Shown here piece after piece: positions 48,367 to 57,999 of a stretch of DNA of 64,000 nt. The notes under the pieces are model-generated. The model searched no databases. It was given only the letters and a program-made list of their open reading frames with translations, and was not told the origin of the DNA. The DNA is from an uncultured Acidobacteriota bacterium (GTDB lineage Bacteria > Acidobacteriota > Thermoanaerobaculia > Multivoradales > JAHEKO01), in assembly GCA_963713825.1 (NCBI GenBank), contig CAVQNG010000003.1, forward strand, positions 576,001 through 640,000, read 5' to 3'. A program made the translations under genes and the position numbers. How positions within the stretch are numbered: the stretch's first letter is position 1; each line of letters starts with the position of its first letter.

Positions 48367-50136
48367 TCAGCCCGCCACTCCCTGGTTTTCGATCAGAGCG
48401 TCGATCTGGTCCTCCAGCACCGTCAGGGGAACCGGACCGTTCATGAGAATGACCTCGTGGAACTCGCGAATGTCGAAGTTCTCCCCGAGCGCCTCCTCGG
48501 CACGCTGCCGGAGCTCGCGGATCTTGATCTCCCCCATCTTGTAGGCCAGGGCCTGCCCTGGCCAGGAGATATAGCGATCGGTTTCGGTCGTGATCTCGTG
48601 CAATGACAGCGCGGTGTTCTCCGCCAAAAAGTCCAAGCCCTGTTGCCGACTCCAGCCGAGGTAGTGCATCCCTGTATCGACGACCAGGCGGGCGGCTCGC
48701 CACATTTCGTAGGTCAGACGACCGAAGTGCTCGTAGGGGGTGTTGTACATCCCGGCTTCGACACCGAGCTTCTCGCAATAGAGGCCCCAGCCTTCACCAT
48801 AGGCGTTGATGCCAGAGAAACGACGGAAGTTCGGCAGATCCTCCAGCTCCTGGCGCAAGGCGTTCTGCAGGTGATGCCCCGGAACGGCTTCATGGAGCGT
48901 CAGTGCCGGTAGCGCCCACAGCGGGCGGCTTTCGAGGGCATAGGTGTTGACCCAGTAGTAGCCCGGCTGAGTGCTGCCGAGGGGGGCCCCAACGTAGCGA
49001 CCTGCCGTGTACTTCGGTGCGATGTGCTCCGGCACCGGCGCCACACCATAAGGCAGCCGTGGCAGGGTCTTGAAGTAGGTGGGCAGCTTGCCATCCATGG
49101 TCTTGGCGATGAAGGAGGCCTCCTTCAGCAACTCCTCGGGCGTATCGACGAAGAACTGCGGGTCGGTGCGAAGGAAGTCGAGGAACTCTGCGAAGGTCCC
49201 CTCGAATCCGACCTCTTCGATGATCGCTTCCATTTCGGCACGGATTCGAGCCACCTCTGCCAAACCGGTGTCGTGGACCTCCTGGGGTGTGATGTCCAGC
49301 GTCGTGTGATGCCGAACCAGAAACTCGTAGTACTCGCGCCCGTTGGGTAGCTCGGAGGCACCGATGATCGGGCTGGCGCTGGGCACGTACTCGTCGAGAA
49401 TGAACCGATACCAGGCCCTATAGGCCGGAATTACGTCGTCGAGAATCGCCTCCTGCCCCGCTTGGCGCAGTCGCTCGTGCTCGGCTTCGGGCACCGAGTT
49501 GGGAAAGCTCTCGAACGGCTTCCAGAACACACTTTGACTCGTCTCCTCGACCAGATGGGGTTCGATGGTGCTCTCGTAGCCCTCCAGCACGACTCGCGGC
49601 AGCACATAGCCGTTCGCAATCCCCTCCCGCATGATGTCGATGTGCTGCTCGGTGTAGAGCGGATAGGCGCGCAGGCGCGCAATGTAGTTCTCGTAGTCCT
49701 GAACCGTACGCAGGGGAACGCGCTCCGGAAGCCGGGCGAATCCCGTGTGGAAGCCCGATTCCGCGGTGATGGGTATCAGGTACTCCTTGAACTCGAACCC
49801 GGTGAGCCAATCGCTCAGCCGACGCTCGAACATGTCGTAGTTGATCTTCTCGGCGGCGTCGAGCCCCTCTCGATCGATGGCGTGAAGCCGGTCGAGCACA
49901 CCCTGGTAGTACTCGGCTCGCCGCTCCTCGTCCTCGATCGACAGCGAGGGCAATTGGTCGTCGTAGTCGTGGAGCCCGACGGCCGTCGCCCACAAGGGGT
50001 TCTCCCGCATCTGGAAATCCCACGCCTCGTCGAACAGGGCATGCAACTCGTCGACCGAGGTTTCCTCCGGAGGCGCCGCGCACGCGACAACCATGACGGT
50101 GGTGCAGATCAAGCCTGCGAAAAGAAGCTGTTTCAT
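48367..50136 (-). CDS. DUF885 family lipoprotein (putative metallopeptidase)
   Basis: Lipobox VVAC; LHEAVPGHH, EGWGLYCE, RAARLVVDTGMH, PGQALAYKMG. Confidence 0.93.
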   Translation of the reverse strand: MKQLLFAGLICTTVMVVACAAPPEETSVDELHALFDEAWDFQMRENPLWATAVGLHDYDDQLPSLSIEDEERRAEYYQGVLDRLHAIDREGLDAAEKINYDMFERRLSDWLTGFEFKEYLIPITAESGFHTGFARLPERVPLRTVQDYENYIARLRAYPLYTEQHIDIMREGIANGYVLPRVVLEGYESTIEPHLVEETSQSVFWKPFESFPNSVPEAEHERLRQAGQEAILDDVIPAYRAWYRFILDEYVPSASPIIGASELPNGREYYEFLVRHHTTLDITPQEVHDTGLAEVARIRAEMEAIIEEVGFEGTFAEFLDFLRTDPQFFVDTPEELLKEASFIAKTMDGKLPTYFKTLPRLPYGVAPVPEHIAPKYTAGRYVGAPLGSTQPGYYWVNTYALESRPLWALPALTLHEAVPGHHLQNALRQELEDLPNFRRFSGINAYGEGWGLYCEKLGVEAGMYNTPYEHFGRLTYEMWRAARLVVDTGMHYLGWSRQQGLDFLAENTALSLHEITTETDRYISWPGQALAYKMGEIKIRELRQRAEEALGENFDIREFHEVILMNGPVPLTVLEDQIDALIENQGVAG

Positions 50137-50273
50137 CGGACTCCCCCCAAGAGTGACGGCCCGATTGGGCCAGTATGAACCGCGTTGACTCGAGGATCCT
50201 ACAACAGAGCCGGCCAGTCGCTAACGCTATACTGCGAGGCTCGAAAGCAACCGCTGAAGCGAAGGAGAAGCGC

Positions 50274-51242
50274 ATGATCTACGACAACATCCTGCAGGTC
50301 GTCGGCAACACGCCGGTCGTCAAGCTACACCGTGTCGGAGCCGAAAGCCCTGCCGAGCTCTACGCGAAGTGTGAATTCCTCAATCCCGGAGGTTCCATCA
50401 AAGATCGCATCGCGGTCCGCATGGTCGAAGGACTCGAGGAATCCGGCCGATTGGGGCCCGGCACAACGCTCATCGAGCCCACTAGCGGAAATACCGGCGC
50501 CGGACTCGCAATGACGGCGGCAGTCAAGGGCTATCCACTGATCATCACCATGCCTGAAAAGATGAGTCAGGAAAAGCAGGTGGTCATGGAGGCTCTCGGG
50601 GCGGAGATCATCCGAACCCCCACGGAGGCGGCACATGACGACCCGGAGAGCCTCCTGGGCGTGGCGAAGCGCCTCAACGACGAGATCGCAGATTCGGTCA
50701 TCCCCGATCAGTACGAGAATCCGGACAATCCCGACGCGCACTACTATGGAACCGGGGCCGAGATCTGGGAGGATTTCGGCGCATCCCTCGATATGGTGGT
50801 CATCACCGCCGGTACCGGAGGGACCATCACTGGAGTGGCGCGTTACTTGAAAGAGAAGAACCCCGAGATTCTCGTTGTGGGTGTCGACCCGGAGGGCTCG
50901 ATCCTGGGCGGTAGAGAGGATGTCTTCACCTACCAAGTCGAGGGCATCGGCTACGACTTCATTCCTGGAGTGCTGGATAGGGACCTTGTCGATCGCTGGA
51001 TCTACGTCAGCGATCAGGACAGCTTCCGGATGGCCCGACGCCTCATTCAGGAGGAAGGTCTATTGGTCGGGGGAAGCTCCGGTTCCGCCATCTGGGCGAC
51101 CCTGGAAGCCGTCAAACTCTACCCGGAAGCAAAGAAGGTGCTGACGCTCCTACCCGATTCGATCCGCAACTACCTGACCAAATTCGTCAGTGACGACTGG
51201 ATGCAGCAGCAGGGATTTCTGGAGTCGGACTCCGAGACCTGA
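50274..51242 (+). CDS. Cystathionine beta-synthase (catalytic core only) / cysteine synthase family
   Basis: KCEFLNPGGSIKDRIA, EPTSGNTG, MPEKMSQEK, YQVEGIGYDFIP, LPDSIRNYLTKF; AAGGAG RBS. Confidence 0.88.
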   Translation: MIYDNILQVVGNTPVVKLHRVGAESPAELYAKCEFLNPGGSIKDRIAVRMVEGLEESGRLGPGTTLIEPTSGNTGAGLAMTAAVKGYPLIITMPEKMSQEKQVVMEALGAEIIRTPTEAAHDDPESLLGVAKRLNDEIADSVIPDQYENPDNPDAHYYGTGAEIWEDFGASLDMVVITAGTGGTITGVARYLKEKNPEILVVGVDPEGSILGGREDVFTYQVEGIGYDFIPGVLDRDLVDRWIYVSDQDSFRMARRLIQEEGLLVGGSSGSAIWATLEAVKLYPEAKKVLTLLPDSIRNYLTKFVSDDWMQQQGFLESDSET

Positions 51243-51257
51243 TTCTCGGGCGTCGCT

Positions 51258-52172
51258 CTACTCCGAGATCGGCAGACAGGGGTCCCCCACCTGCCCATCG
51301 AGCTTTTCGAGCGCTCGATCGACCAGAGCCTCGTTCATGCCGCTGGCAGAGTAGGGCCTGCCCTTCCAGCCAGTACCGCCGGAGACCTTCTTCTTCCAGG
51401 CCAGGACCCCCTCCGGCGTGTAACACTCGACAAGGACCTTGGCAAGACTCTCGAAATTCGACGTGACAAGAAGCAGACTGTTGGCGCCTTCCTCTTCGAC
51501 GTGCCGCAGCAGCGCTGGAATCACCATCGTGGACTTCTCGACCACCGGCACTCCCTTGGTGGCGGACTCGGCTGCAACTCCTCGTGACTGCAGATGCTCG
51601 ATAACGACCTCTGCCGCCCTTTGAGCACCGTCGTAGGGCTTGCCGCGCCCCGCAACCAGGACGAGGTTCGCACGTGCGGGTTGCTGTTCGGGGGCGACGG
51701 GCGCTGCTGGCTCCGCTTCCTCCACGGGTTGGGAAGCGACCGCCTCGGTCGACACTTCAACCGGCGTCGTTGCCGGAGCAGGGGCTGTCGTTTCGGCCTC
51801 GATTGGAGCTCTGACCTTTTCGGGTTCTGGCACCGTCGATCGTGCCTCGTTCAGGTCCGTGGCCAGCGATCGTTTGGTTCTGGCCTCTGCCGCTTCCGGT
51901 GAATCCGGGAAATCGCTGATCAGCCTGTCCCACACAGCAGCCGCCAGCTCCAAATCACCTTTGTCGACCGCGATCATCCCAACGAGATCCAGCGCCTGAG
52001 CCCTGACCGCACCATCCGTTTCCAGGGCCAGAATCTCGATGAGGACCTCCCGAGCCGCGAGCTCGTCACCCTTTTGATAGAGCTGGCGAGCCTCTTCCAC
52101 AGAGGTCGCCTGGACCAGGGCAGCAGCCGCCCAGAAAAGGGCCAGGATCACGAGAATCTTGCTTCTGGGCAT
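51258..52172 (-). CDS. Exported TPR-like protein with Pro/Ala linker
   Basis: Signal peptide; LISDFPDSPEA pattern; ATG after GAGGAG. Confidence 0.7.
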   Translation of the reverse strand: MPRSKILVILALFWAAAALVQATSVEEARQLYQKGDELAAREVLIEILALETDGAVRAQALDLVGMIAVDKGDLELAAAVWDRLISDFPDSPEAAEARTKRSLATDLNEARSTVPEPEKVRAPIEAETTAPAPATTPVEVSTEAVASQPVEEAEPAAPVAPEQQPARANLVLVAGRGKPYDGAQRAAEVVIEHLQSRGVAAESATKGVPVVEKSTMVIPALLRHVEEEGANSLLLVTSNFESLAKVLVECYTPEGVLAWKKKVSGGTGWKGRPYSASGMNEALVDRALEKLDGQVGDPCLPISE

Positions 52173-52247
52173 ACAGTGTCTCCTCTGTCGCCCTGAGTAT
52201 ACGCGCGCCAGCAAGGCGGAGACCGCTTCTGCTGTCCGGCAGCTGGA

Positions 52248-52634
52248 CTAGGAAAACGACACGTTCTGGGTAGCGGCCGTTACCACGAAGACCTTCTCGT
52301 TGTTGCTGTCTGGGTCGGAGGGAAAGACGAAAAAGCCAGCCCGGTCTGGCGAATAGCCCGACGTGTAGCCGATCAACTCCTCGCCGTCTTTGAACTTGAC
52401 CTGAATCCGCTTGCCGAGTCCTGCCCTTTCTAGGTCCTTGCGCTCATGATGAGCCGGATTACCCTCGAAGGTCTTGACGAAGAAGATGCCTTTGAGGTCG
52501 GAAACCTCAATCTCGCGGGTCTCGCTCGAGGTCTTCTCGGCCAGGTGAAACGACGGTTTGTTGGGGAAGAAATCAGTCGCAAAGCCCTTCACGAGCCTGC
52601 CGTCAACAAAGTGGACGACGACCTGAAATTGCAT
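52248..52634 (-). CDS. DUF6982-like protein
   Basis: VVHFVDGRLVKG..DF, LKGIFFVKTFEG, VKFKDGEELIG, GFFVFPSD. Confidence 0.8.
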   Translation of the reverse strand: MQFQVVVHFVDGRLVKGFATDFFPNKPSFHLAEKTSSETREIEVSDLKGIFFVKTFEGNPAHHERKDLERAGLGKRIQVKFKDGEELIGYTSGYSPDRAGFFVFPSDPDSNNEKVFVVTAATQNVSFS

Positions 52635-52722
52635 ATCGGACCTCCTTTCGAAACGCCTCGACTCTCTCGATTATGGACCTCGGCCGCTGTCGGGACTGTG
52701 ACCTGCACCACCGGGGCCGCGA

Positions 52723-52757
52723 GGAGGTTCGTCTGGGTGGTCCGCAGGGGGACGGCG
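52723..52757. mobile_element. Isolated end of the MITE-like element
   Basis: GAGGTTCGTCTGGGTGGTCCGCAGGGGGACGGCG matches the TIR and adjacent bases of the 29690 copy. Confidence 0.55.
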
Positions 52758-52777
52758 AGATGAGAGACTGTCTCTCG

Positions 52778-53824
52778 ATGTACGAACCGCCTACTGGTCC
52801 CCGCGGTCGTGGAGCCGCGACCAATCCGCAGAGTCGCTTCGAGAAGCTCGAGGTGGTCGCCGAGGGCGCGCCTCCAGATCGCGTGCCGACGCTGTTCCTG
52901 AGAGACGACAGTCGCTCGATCATCGCTCGCAACGAGAGTCCGGACGTTCCCTTCAATGCCTCCATCAACCCCTATCGTGGCTGTGAGCACGGCTGTATCT
53001 ACTGCTATGCCCGCAACTACCACGAATACCTGGGCTTCTCGGCCGGTCTCGACTTCGAGACCCGAATTCTGGTCAAACAGCAGGCTCCAGAGTTGCTCCG
53101 ACGCGAGCTCGGCTCCGACCGCTGGCGGCCCCAGGTGCTGGGCATCAGTGGAGCTACCGACCCCTATCAACCCATCGAGCGCAAGCTGGAGCTCACCCGC
53201 CGCTGCCTGGAAGTTCTGGTCGATTACCGCAATCCGGCTTCCATCGTCACCAAGAACGCCCTGGTCACGCGCGACGGTGACCTGCTCGGTGACCTGGCTC
53301 GCTACGATGCGGTCTCGGTCGCCTTGTCGATCCCTACTCTCGATGCGGAGTTGGTCAGGGTCATGGAGCCCCGGACGTCCCACCCCCGTGAACGGCTCAA
53401 AGCGATCCGTCGACTGACCGCTCGAGGCATTCCCTGCGGCGTCATGGTCGCACCGGTCATCCCTGGGCTGACCGATCACGAGATCCCAGCTGTCATCGAG
53501 GCAGCGTCCGAAGCTGGCGCCAGCTTCGCGATCTGGTTGATGCTCAAGCTACCAGGGGCTGTCAGTGAGCTCTTTCAGAATTGGTTGGAGGTCCACTATC
53601 CCGACCGCCGAGACAAGGTCCTCAACCGAATCCGCTCTCTGCGTGGCGGCCGCCTGAGCGACAGTCGCTTCGGCAAGCGAATGAGAGGAGAGGGAGCCTT
53701 CACTGAGCAGGTTGCCGCCCTCTTCGACTCGGCCTGCAGACAACACGGCGTGAGCGGCCCTGGCCCGACATTGTCGGTATCCGACTTCCGCCAGGCCGGC
53801 GTCCATCAACTTCCACTTTGGTGA
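52778..53824 (+). CDS. PA0069-family radical SAM protein (SplB-related)
   Basis: RGRGA..NP, SINPYRGCEHGCIYCYAR, TDPYQPIE, EPRT; start 52760 or 52778. Confidence 0.92.
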   Translation: MYEPPTGPRGRGAATNPQSRFEKLEVVAEGAPPDRVPTLFLRDDSRSIIARNESPDVPFNASINPYRGCEHGCIYCYARNYHEYLGFSAGLDFETRILVKQQAPELLRRELGSDRWRPQVLGISGATDPYQPIERKLELTRRCLEVLVDYRNPASIVTKNALVTRDGDLLGDLARYDAVSVALSIPTLDAELVRVMEPRTSHPRERLKAIRRLTARGIPCGVMVAPVIPGLTDHEIPAVIEAASEAGASFAIWLMLKLPGAVSELFQNWLEVHYPDRRDKVLNRIRSLRGGRLSDSRFGKRMRGEGAFTEQVAALFDSACRQHGVSGPGPTLSVSDFRQAGVHQLPLW

Positions 53825-53877
53825 CAGGATACGCACTTGAGAAGAACCCGGAACCCCATGGAGAAAGAGGAGCTACG

Positions 53878-55041
53878 ATGACCACCTCACGCAGAGATTT
53901 CGTGCAGCTGTCCCTCCTGGCGGGCGGCGCAGTCGGCCTCGGTCTTGCCGGGCGGGCCCGAGCCGCTCAGAACGAAACAGAGAAAGCCACCACCCCCCTG
54001 AAGATCCTCGTTCTCGGAGGCACCGGGCTGATTGGCCCACCGATGGTCGAGCGCGCGATCGCTCGAGGCCACGAGGTCACGCTCTTCAATCGGGGCAAGA
54101 CCAATACCCACCTCTTCCCAGACCTCGAGAAGCTCAAGGGTGATCGCAATGACGATCTCTCCTCGCTCCAGGCCGAGGTCGATTCCGGCCGCCTCTGGGA
54201 TGCCGTCGTCGACAATACCGCTTCGATCCCTCGCTGGGTCACCGAGTCTGCCGGGCTGCTCGCCAATGCAGCCGACTTCTATCTCTACACCTCTTCCATC
54301 TCCGCCTATGCCGACAGTTCGACTCCTGGCGCCGACGAGACAGCCCCCGTTGGCCAGATCTCACCCGAGGACGAGGCCAAGGTCCTCACAACCAAAGACA
54401 TTACCGGCGAGAACTATGGGCCGCTCAAGGCGCGGTGCGAGGAAGAGGCCCGCAAGGCTTTTCCTGATCGGTGGTGCGTAGTTCGCCCTGGCCTCATCGT
54501 CGGCCCCGGAGACTACTCCGACCGATTCACCTACTGGCCTGTCCGGATTCACGAAGGCGGAGAGGTCATGGCGCCCGGCAACCCATCCGACCCGGTGCAG
54601 TTCGTCGACTGCCGGGATCTAGGCGAGTGGTATGTCCGGCTGGTCGAGACTGGCACGACCGGCGACTTCAACGGCGTCGGACCGCGCTCGCCGATGAGTA
54701 TCGCCGGCATGCTCTACGGTATTCGCGCCACGGTCGACAACGAGATCTCCTTCACCTGGGTCGATGCCGACTTCCTCGAGGCCAACGAGGTCCAGGCGTG
54801 GATGCATATGACAGTGTGGGTGCCTCCCATCGGTGAGTATGCCGGCTTCAGCTCGTCGAACATCGACCGGGCACTGGCAGCGGGGCTCACGTTTCGGCCC
54901 CTGGCCGACACCGCCGCAGCCACCGTCGAATTTTGGAACTCTCTTCCCGAGGACCGACGAGCCAATCCCAAGGCCGGCTGCCCTCCGGAGCTCGAAGCCA
55001 AGGTGCTAGAAGCCTGGCACGCGAGGGAATCGTTGGGCTGA
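53878..55041 (+). CDS. Tat-exported NAD-dependent epimerase/dehydratase (SDR)
   Basis: SRRDFV twin-arginine signal; LGGTGLIG; YGPLK; RPGLIVGP. Confidence 0.9.
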   Translation: MTTSRRDFVQLSLLAGGAVGLGLAGRARAAQNETEKATTPLKILVLGGTGLIGPPMVERAIARGHEVTLFNRGKTNTHLFPDLEKLKGDRNDDLSSLQAEVDSGRLWDAVVDNTASIPRWVTESAGLLANAADFYLYTSSISAYADSSTPGADETAPVGQISPEDEAKVLTTKDITGENYGPLKARCEEEARKAFPDRWCVVRPGLIVGPGDYSDRFTYWPVRIHEGGEVMAPGNPSDPVQFVDCRDLGEWYVRLVETGTTGDFNGVGPRSPMSIAGMLYGIRATVDNEISFTWVDADFLEANEVQAWMHMTVWVPPIGEYAGFSSSNIDRALAAGLTFRPLADTAAATVEFWNSLPEDRRANPKAGCPPELEAKVLEAWHARESLG

Positions 55042-55098
55042 CTACCCGCAGGTAACGGGGAATTCGCCGCGTCGAGTCACTCGCGGTCCAGGATATCC

Positions 55099-56406
55099 AT
55101 GGGCTTTCTGAATCGGATTGTCGCCGTCGAAGACAAAGAGGTCCGGCCCATGCTCTGGGCCACCCTCTACTACTTCCTCGTGTTGGCGGCCTACTTCGTC
55201 ATCCGTCCCATCCGGGACGAAGCCGGCGTTGCCGGTGGTGTGCGCAATCTGCCCTGGCTTTTTCTGGGCACACTGCTCGGCATGCTGCTCATCCATCCTC
55301 TGTTCGCGGCGCTTGTCTCGCGGCTGCCGCGGAATCGGTTCATTCCCCTCACTTACGCCTTCTTCGCTCTCAACCTCGTCGTCTTCTGGGTCTTCTTCCA
55401 ATCGTTGACGCAAGAGGAGGGAATCTGGGTCGGCCGCATCTTCTGGGTCTGGACCAGTGTCTTCAACCTCTTCGTGGTGTCGATCTTCTGGTCGTTGATG
55501 GCTGATCTCTTTCGGCCCGCTCAGGCCTCCCGGCTGTTCGGCTTCGTCGCGGTCGGTGGCACCATCGGAGCCGCCGTCGGCTCGACTACAACCGCCTTTC
55601 TAGCCAGCCGTATCACACCAACTCACCTCCTTCTCGTCTCGGCGGTGTTGCTGGTTCTTGCCATGCTGGCAGCTCGCCAGCTCGCCAGTTCGGCCTCCGG
55701 AGCGGAGGAGCAAGAGCCCATCGGTTCCGATTCGGCCGCTAATGAGCCCGTCGGCGGCGGCCTGCTCGATGGAATCCGTCTCGTCCTCTCGTCGAAGTAC
55801 CTTCTCGGGATCGTCGGCTACATGTTGCTCTACACGATCACCGCGACGTTCCTCTACTTCCAGCAGGCCGAGGTCGTCGAGGTGAGCTTCACCGACCGGG
55901 CCGCTCGCACCGTCTTCTTCGCCCGCATCGATGTGGTGGTCAACAGCCTCACCGCACTGATCCAGATCTTTTTCTCTGGCCGCATCATTCGGCAGCTGGG
56001 CATCGCACTCTCCCTTGCGGCCCTTCCCCTGGTCTGCGTTCTCGGTTTCGCCGCCGTCGGGATTGCTCCGACCCTGGTAGCCATCGCGGTCTTCCAGATT
56101 CTGCGACGAACCAGCAACTACGCGATCGCCCGCCCCTGTCGCGAGATGCTGTATACCGTGCTGCCGCGGAACGCGAAGTACAAGGCGAAGAACTTCATCG
56201 ACACGTTTGTCTATCGGGCCGGCGACCAGGTGGGAGCCTGGTCCTACGCGGGATTGGGCGCTCTGGGATTCGGGGCCGCAGCCATCTCTCTCGTCGCGTT
56301 ACCTCTCGCCGCTGTCTGGCTCGGCATCGGGCTGTGGCTTGGCCGGCGGCAGACGTCTCTCGCCAACACTGAAAAGTCGAGTATTCTCGCTTCGAAATCA
56401 CCATAG
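55099..56406 (+). CDS. MFS transporter, NTP/NDP-exchanger (TLC/AAA)-like
   Basis: IRPIRD, FNLFVVSIFW, RLFGFVAVGGTIG, REMLYT, KYKAKNFIDTFVYRAGD. Confidence 0.85.
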   Translation: MGFLNRIVAVEDKEVRPMLWATLYYFLVLAAYFVIRPIRDEAGVAGGVRNLPWLFLGTLLGMLLIHPLFAALVSRLPRNRFIPLTYAFFALNLVVFWVFFQSLTQEEGIWVGRIFWVWTSVFNLFVVSIFWSLMADLFRPAQASRLFGFVAVGGTIGAAVGSTTTAFLASRITPTHLLLVSAVLLVLAMLAARQLASSASGAEEQEPIGSDSAANEPVGGGLLDGIRLVLSSKYLLGIVGYMLLYTITATFLYFQQAEVVEVSFTDRAARTVFFARIDVVVNSLTALIQIFFSGRIIRQLGIALSLAALPLVCVLGFAAVGIAPTLVAIAVFQILRRTSNYAIARPCREMLYTVLPRNAKYKAKNFIDTFVYRAGDQVGAWSYAGLGALGFGAAAISLVALPLAAVWLGIGLWLGRRQTSLANTEKSSILASKSP

Positions 56407-56416
56407 GAGAGCTCAG

Positions 56417-56887
56417 ATGGCCATCCAAGAAGGCAAGGCAGCACCGGCATTCACACTGGTGAATCAAGACGGCGAGAAGATCTCGCTCAAGGAGCTTCGC
56501 GGCCAGAATGTCATCGTCTACTTCTATCCAAGAGATGACACTCCCGGTTGCACCAAAGAGGCCTGCGGCTTCCGCGACTTCAACAAGGAGATCCAGGCAC
56601 TCGACACAGTGATCCTAGGCGTCTCGCCAGACAGCCCGGAGAGTCACCAGAAGTTCATCGACAAGTACTCACTCAACTTCGACCTGCTCTCCGACCCCGA
56701 CCGCAAGGTCATGGGCCGTTACGAGGCCTTCGGTGAGAAGAAGATGTACGGCAAGACCGTACAGGGGGTGATTCGATCCACTGTCTGGATCGGTCCCGAC
56801 GGCAAGGTGAAGAAGCATTGGCGACGGGTCCCCAAAGCGGCGGACCACCCTGAGAAGGTTCTGCAGGCCCTTCAGGCCGCGACCTAA
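56417..56887 (+). CDS. bcp: Thioredoxin-dependent thiol peroxidase
   Basis: YFYPRDDTPGCTKEAC; GGAG RBS. Confidence 0.95.
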   Translation: MAIQEGKAAPAFTLVNQDGEKISLKELRGQNVIVYFYPRDDTPGCTKEACGFRDFNKEIQALDTVILGVSPDSPESHQKFIDKYSLNFDLLSDPDRKVMGRYEAFGEKKMYGKTVQGVIRSTVWIGPDGKVKKHWRRVPKAADHPEKVLQALQAAT

Positions 56888-57969
56888 CCGGCGGGCGAGC
56901 CCGCAACATCGGCCCCGGAGGCGATGCTCACCGCCTGCCCTGGCCGCAGGCGTTCGCCGCCACGCACCACAATCTTGTCGCCCGAACCCAGGTCTCCACG
57001 CACTTCGATGAGGGAGTCGTGACCCATGCCTGTCAACACCGTCACCTTCTCGGCTGTGCCGTCATCCGTGACCTTGTAGACATAGATCCCCTCGCTGCGG
57101 AGGATCAAGGCATCCCGGGGGACAGCGAGAACTCGCCGCGATTCGTCGGTCGGCAAAGCAACCCGCACCGCAGTACCGATGATGGAAGGCTCCGTGTCCA
57201 CAGCCACCCGAATCTCGAACATGCGCGAGCGCTGATCTCCAACGGAGATAATCCGCCGCAGCTTGCCCTGCACTTCGCGACCCTCCGCCTCTACCATGAC
57301 CGGCATTCCTTCGCTCAAGTGAGGAGCGACTGACAGCGGTGCCTGGGCGAGCACCTCGACCTCTGCCGTATCGACCAGGAAGACTACTTCCTCGCCCACC
57401 GAACTGTAGCTTCCAGGCTGCTGCAGGCGACGCACGACCTCACCGGCAAAGGGGGCCTTCACCTTGGTGCGATCCAACTCGTAGAGCGTTCTCTCCTGGG
57501 CGACTTTGGCTTGCACCAACTCCTGCTCGACCGCCTGATGCTGCGACTGCGCCTCCTCCAAGTCGTTGGCCGGAACGACCTGCTGCTCGGTCAACCGGAC
57601 CAGACGCTCCAACTGCTGCTCGAGATAGTTCAGCTGTGCTTCCAGCCGCTTGATGGTGGCGGCATCGTTTCTCAGCTGGAGCTGCAGAGAAGCGTCGTCG
57701 ATGCGCGCCACCGCCTGGCCCCTCTCGAGTCGATCTCCGACATCGGCAACCCAGGTCAGCTGACCTGCGACCTGGGTGGCAATGGGAGCGACATTGCGGC
57801 TGACTACGGTGCCCGGTACCCACAGGTAGGGAGCCATGTCCTGCTCCAGCGCGTAGCCCACATGCACCGGCGCGGGAGGTGGACCTTCCTGTCCCAGGAT
57901 GGGTCCTGTTGCGAGAAGAATCAACGCCAAGGTGCAGAGGAATCCGGCGATTTGTCTCTTGATCGACAT
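56884..57969 (-). CDS. RND efflux periplasmic adaptor subunit
   Basis: Signal peptide; lipoyl-like VAGQL..VGD, KAPFAG, VPRDAL. Confidence 0.92.
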   Translation of the reverse strand: MSIKRQIAGFLCTLALILLATGPILGQEGPPPAPVHVGYALEQDMAPYLWVPGTVVSRNVAPIATQVAGQLTWVADVGDRLERGQAVARIDDASLQLQLRNDAATIKRLEAQLNYLEQQLERLVRLTEQQVVPANDLEEAQSQHQAVEQELVQAKVAQERTLYELDRTKVKAPFAGEVVRRLQQPGSYSSVGEEVVFLVDTAEVEVLAQAPLSVAPHLSEGMPVMVEAEGREVQGKLRRIISVGDQRSRMFEIRVAVDTEPSIIGTAVRVALPTDESRRVLAVPRDALILRSEGIYVYKVTDDGTAEKVTVLTGMGHDSLIEVRGDLGSGDKIVVRGGERLRPGQAVSIASGADVAGSPAG

Positions 57970-57999
57970 GGGTCTAAGCTCCAGTCTCTCGTCCTCGAG

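Noticed and set aside
46355-56887. Further selenoproteins (DUF3179, Bcp)
   Set aside because: Both use Cys codons (YCTLC, PGCTKEAC) with no in-frame UGA.
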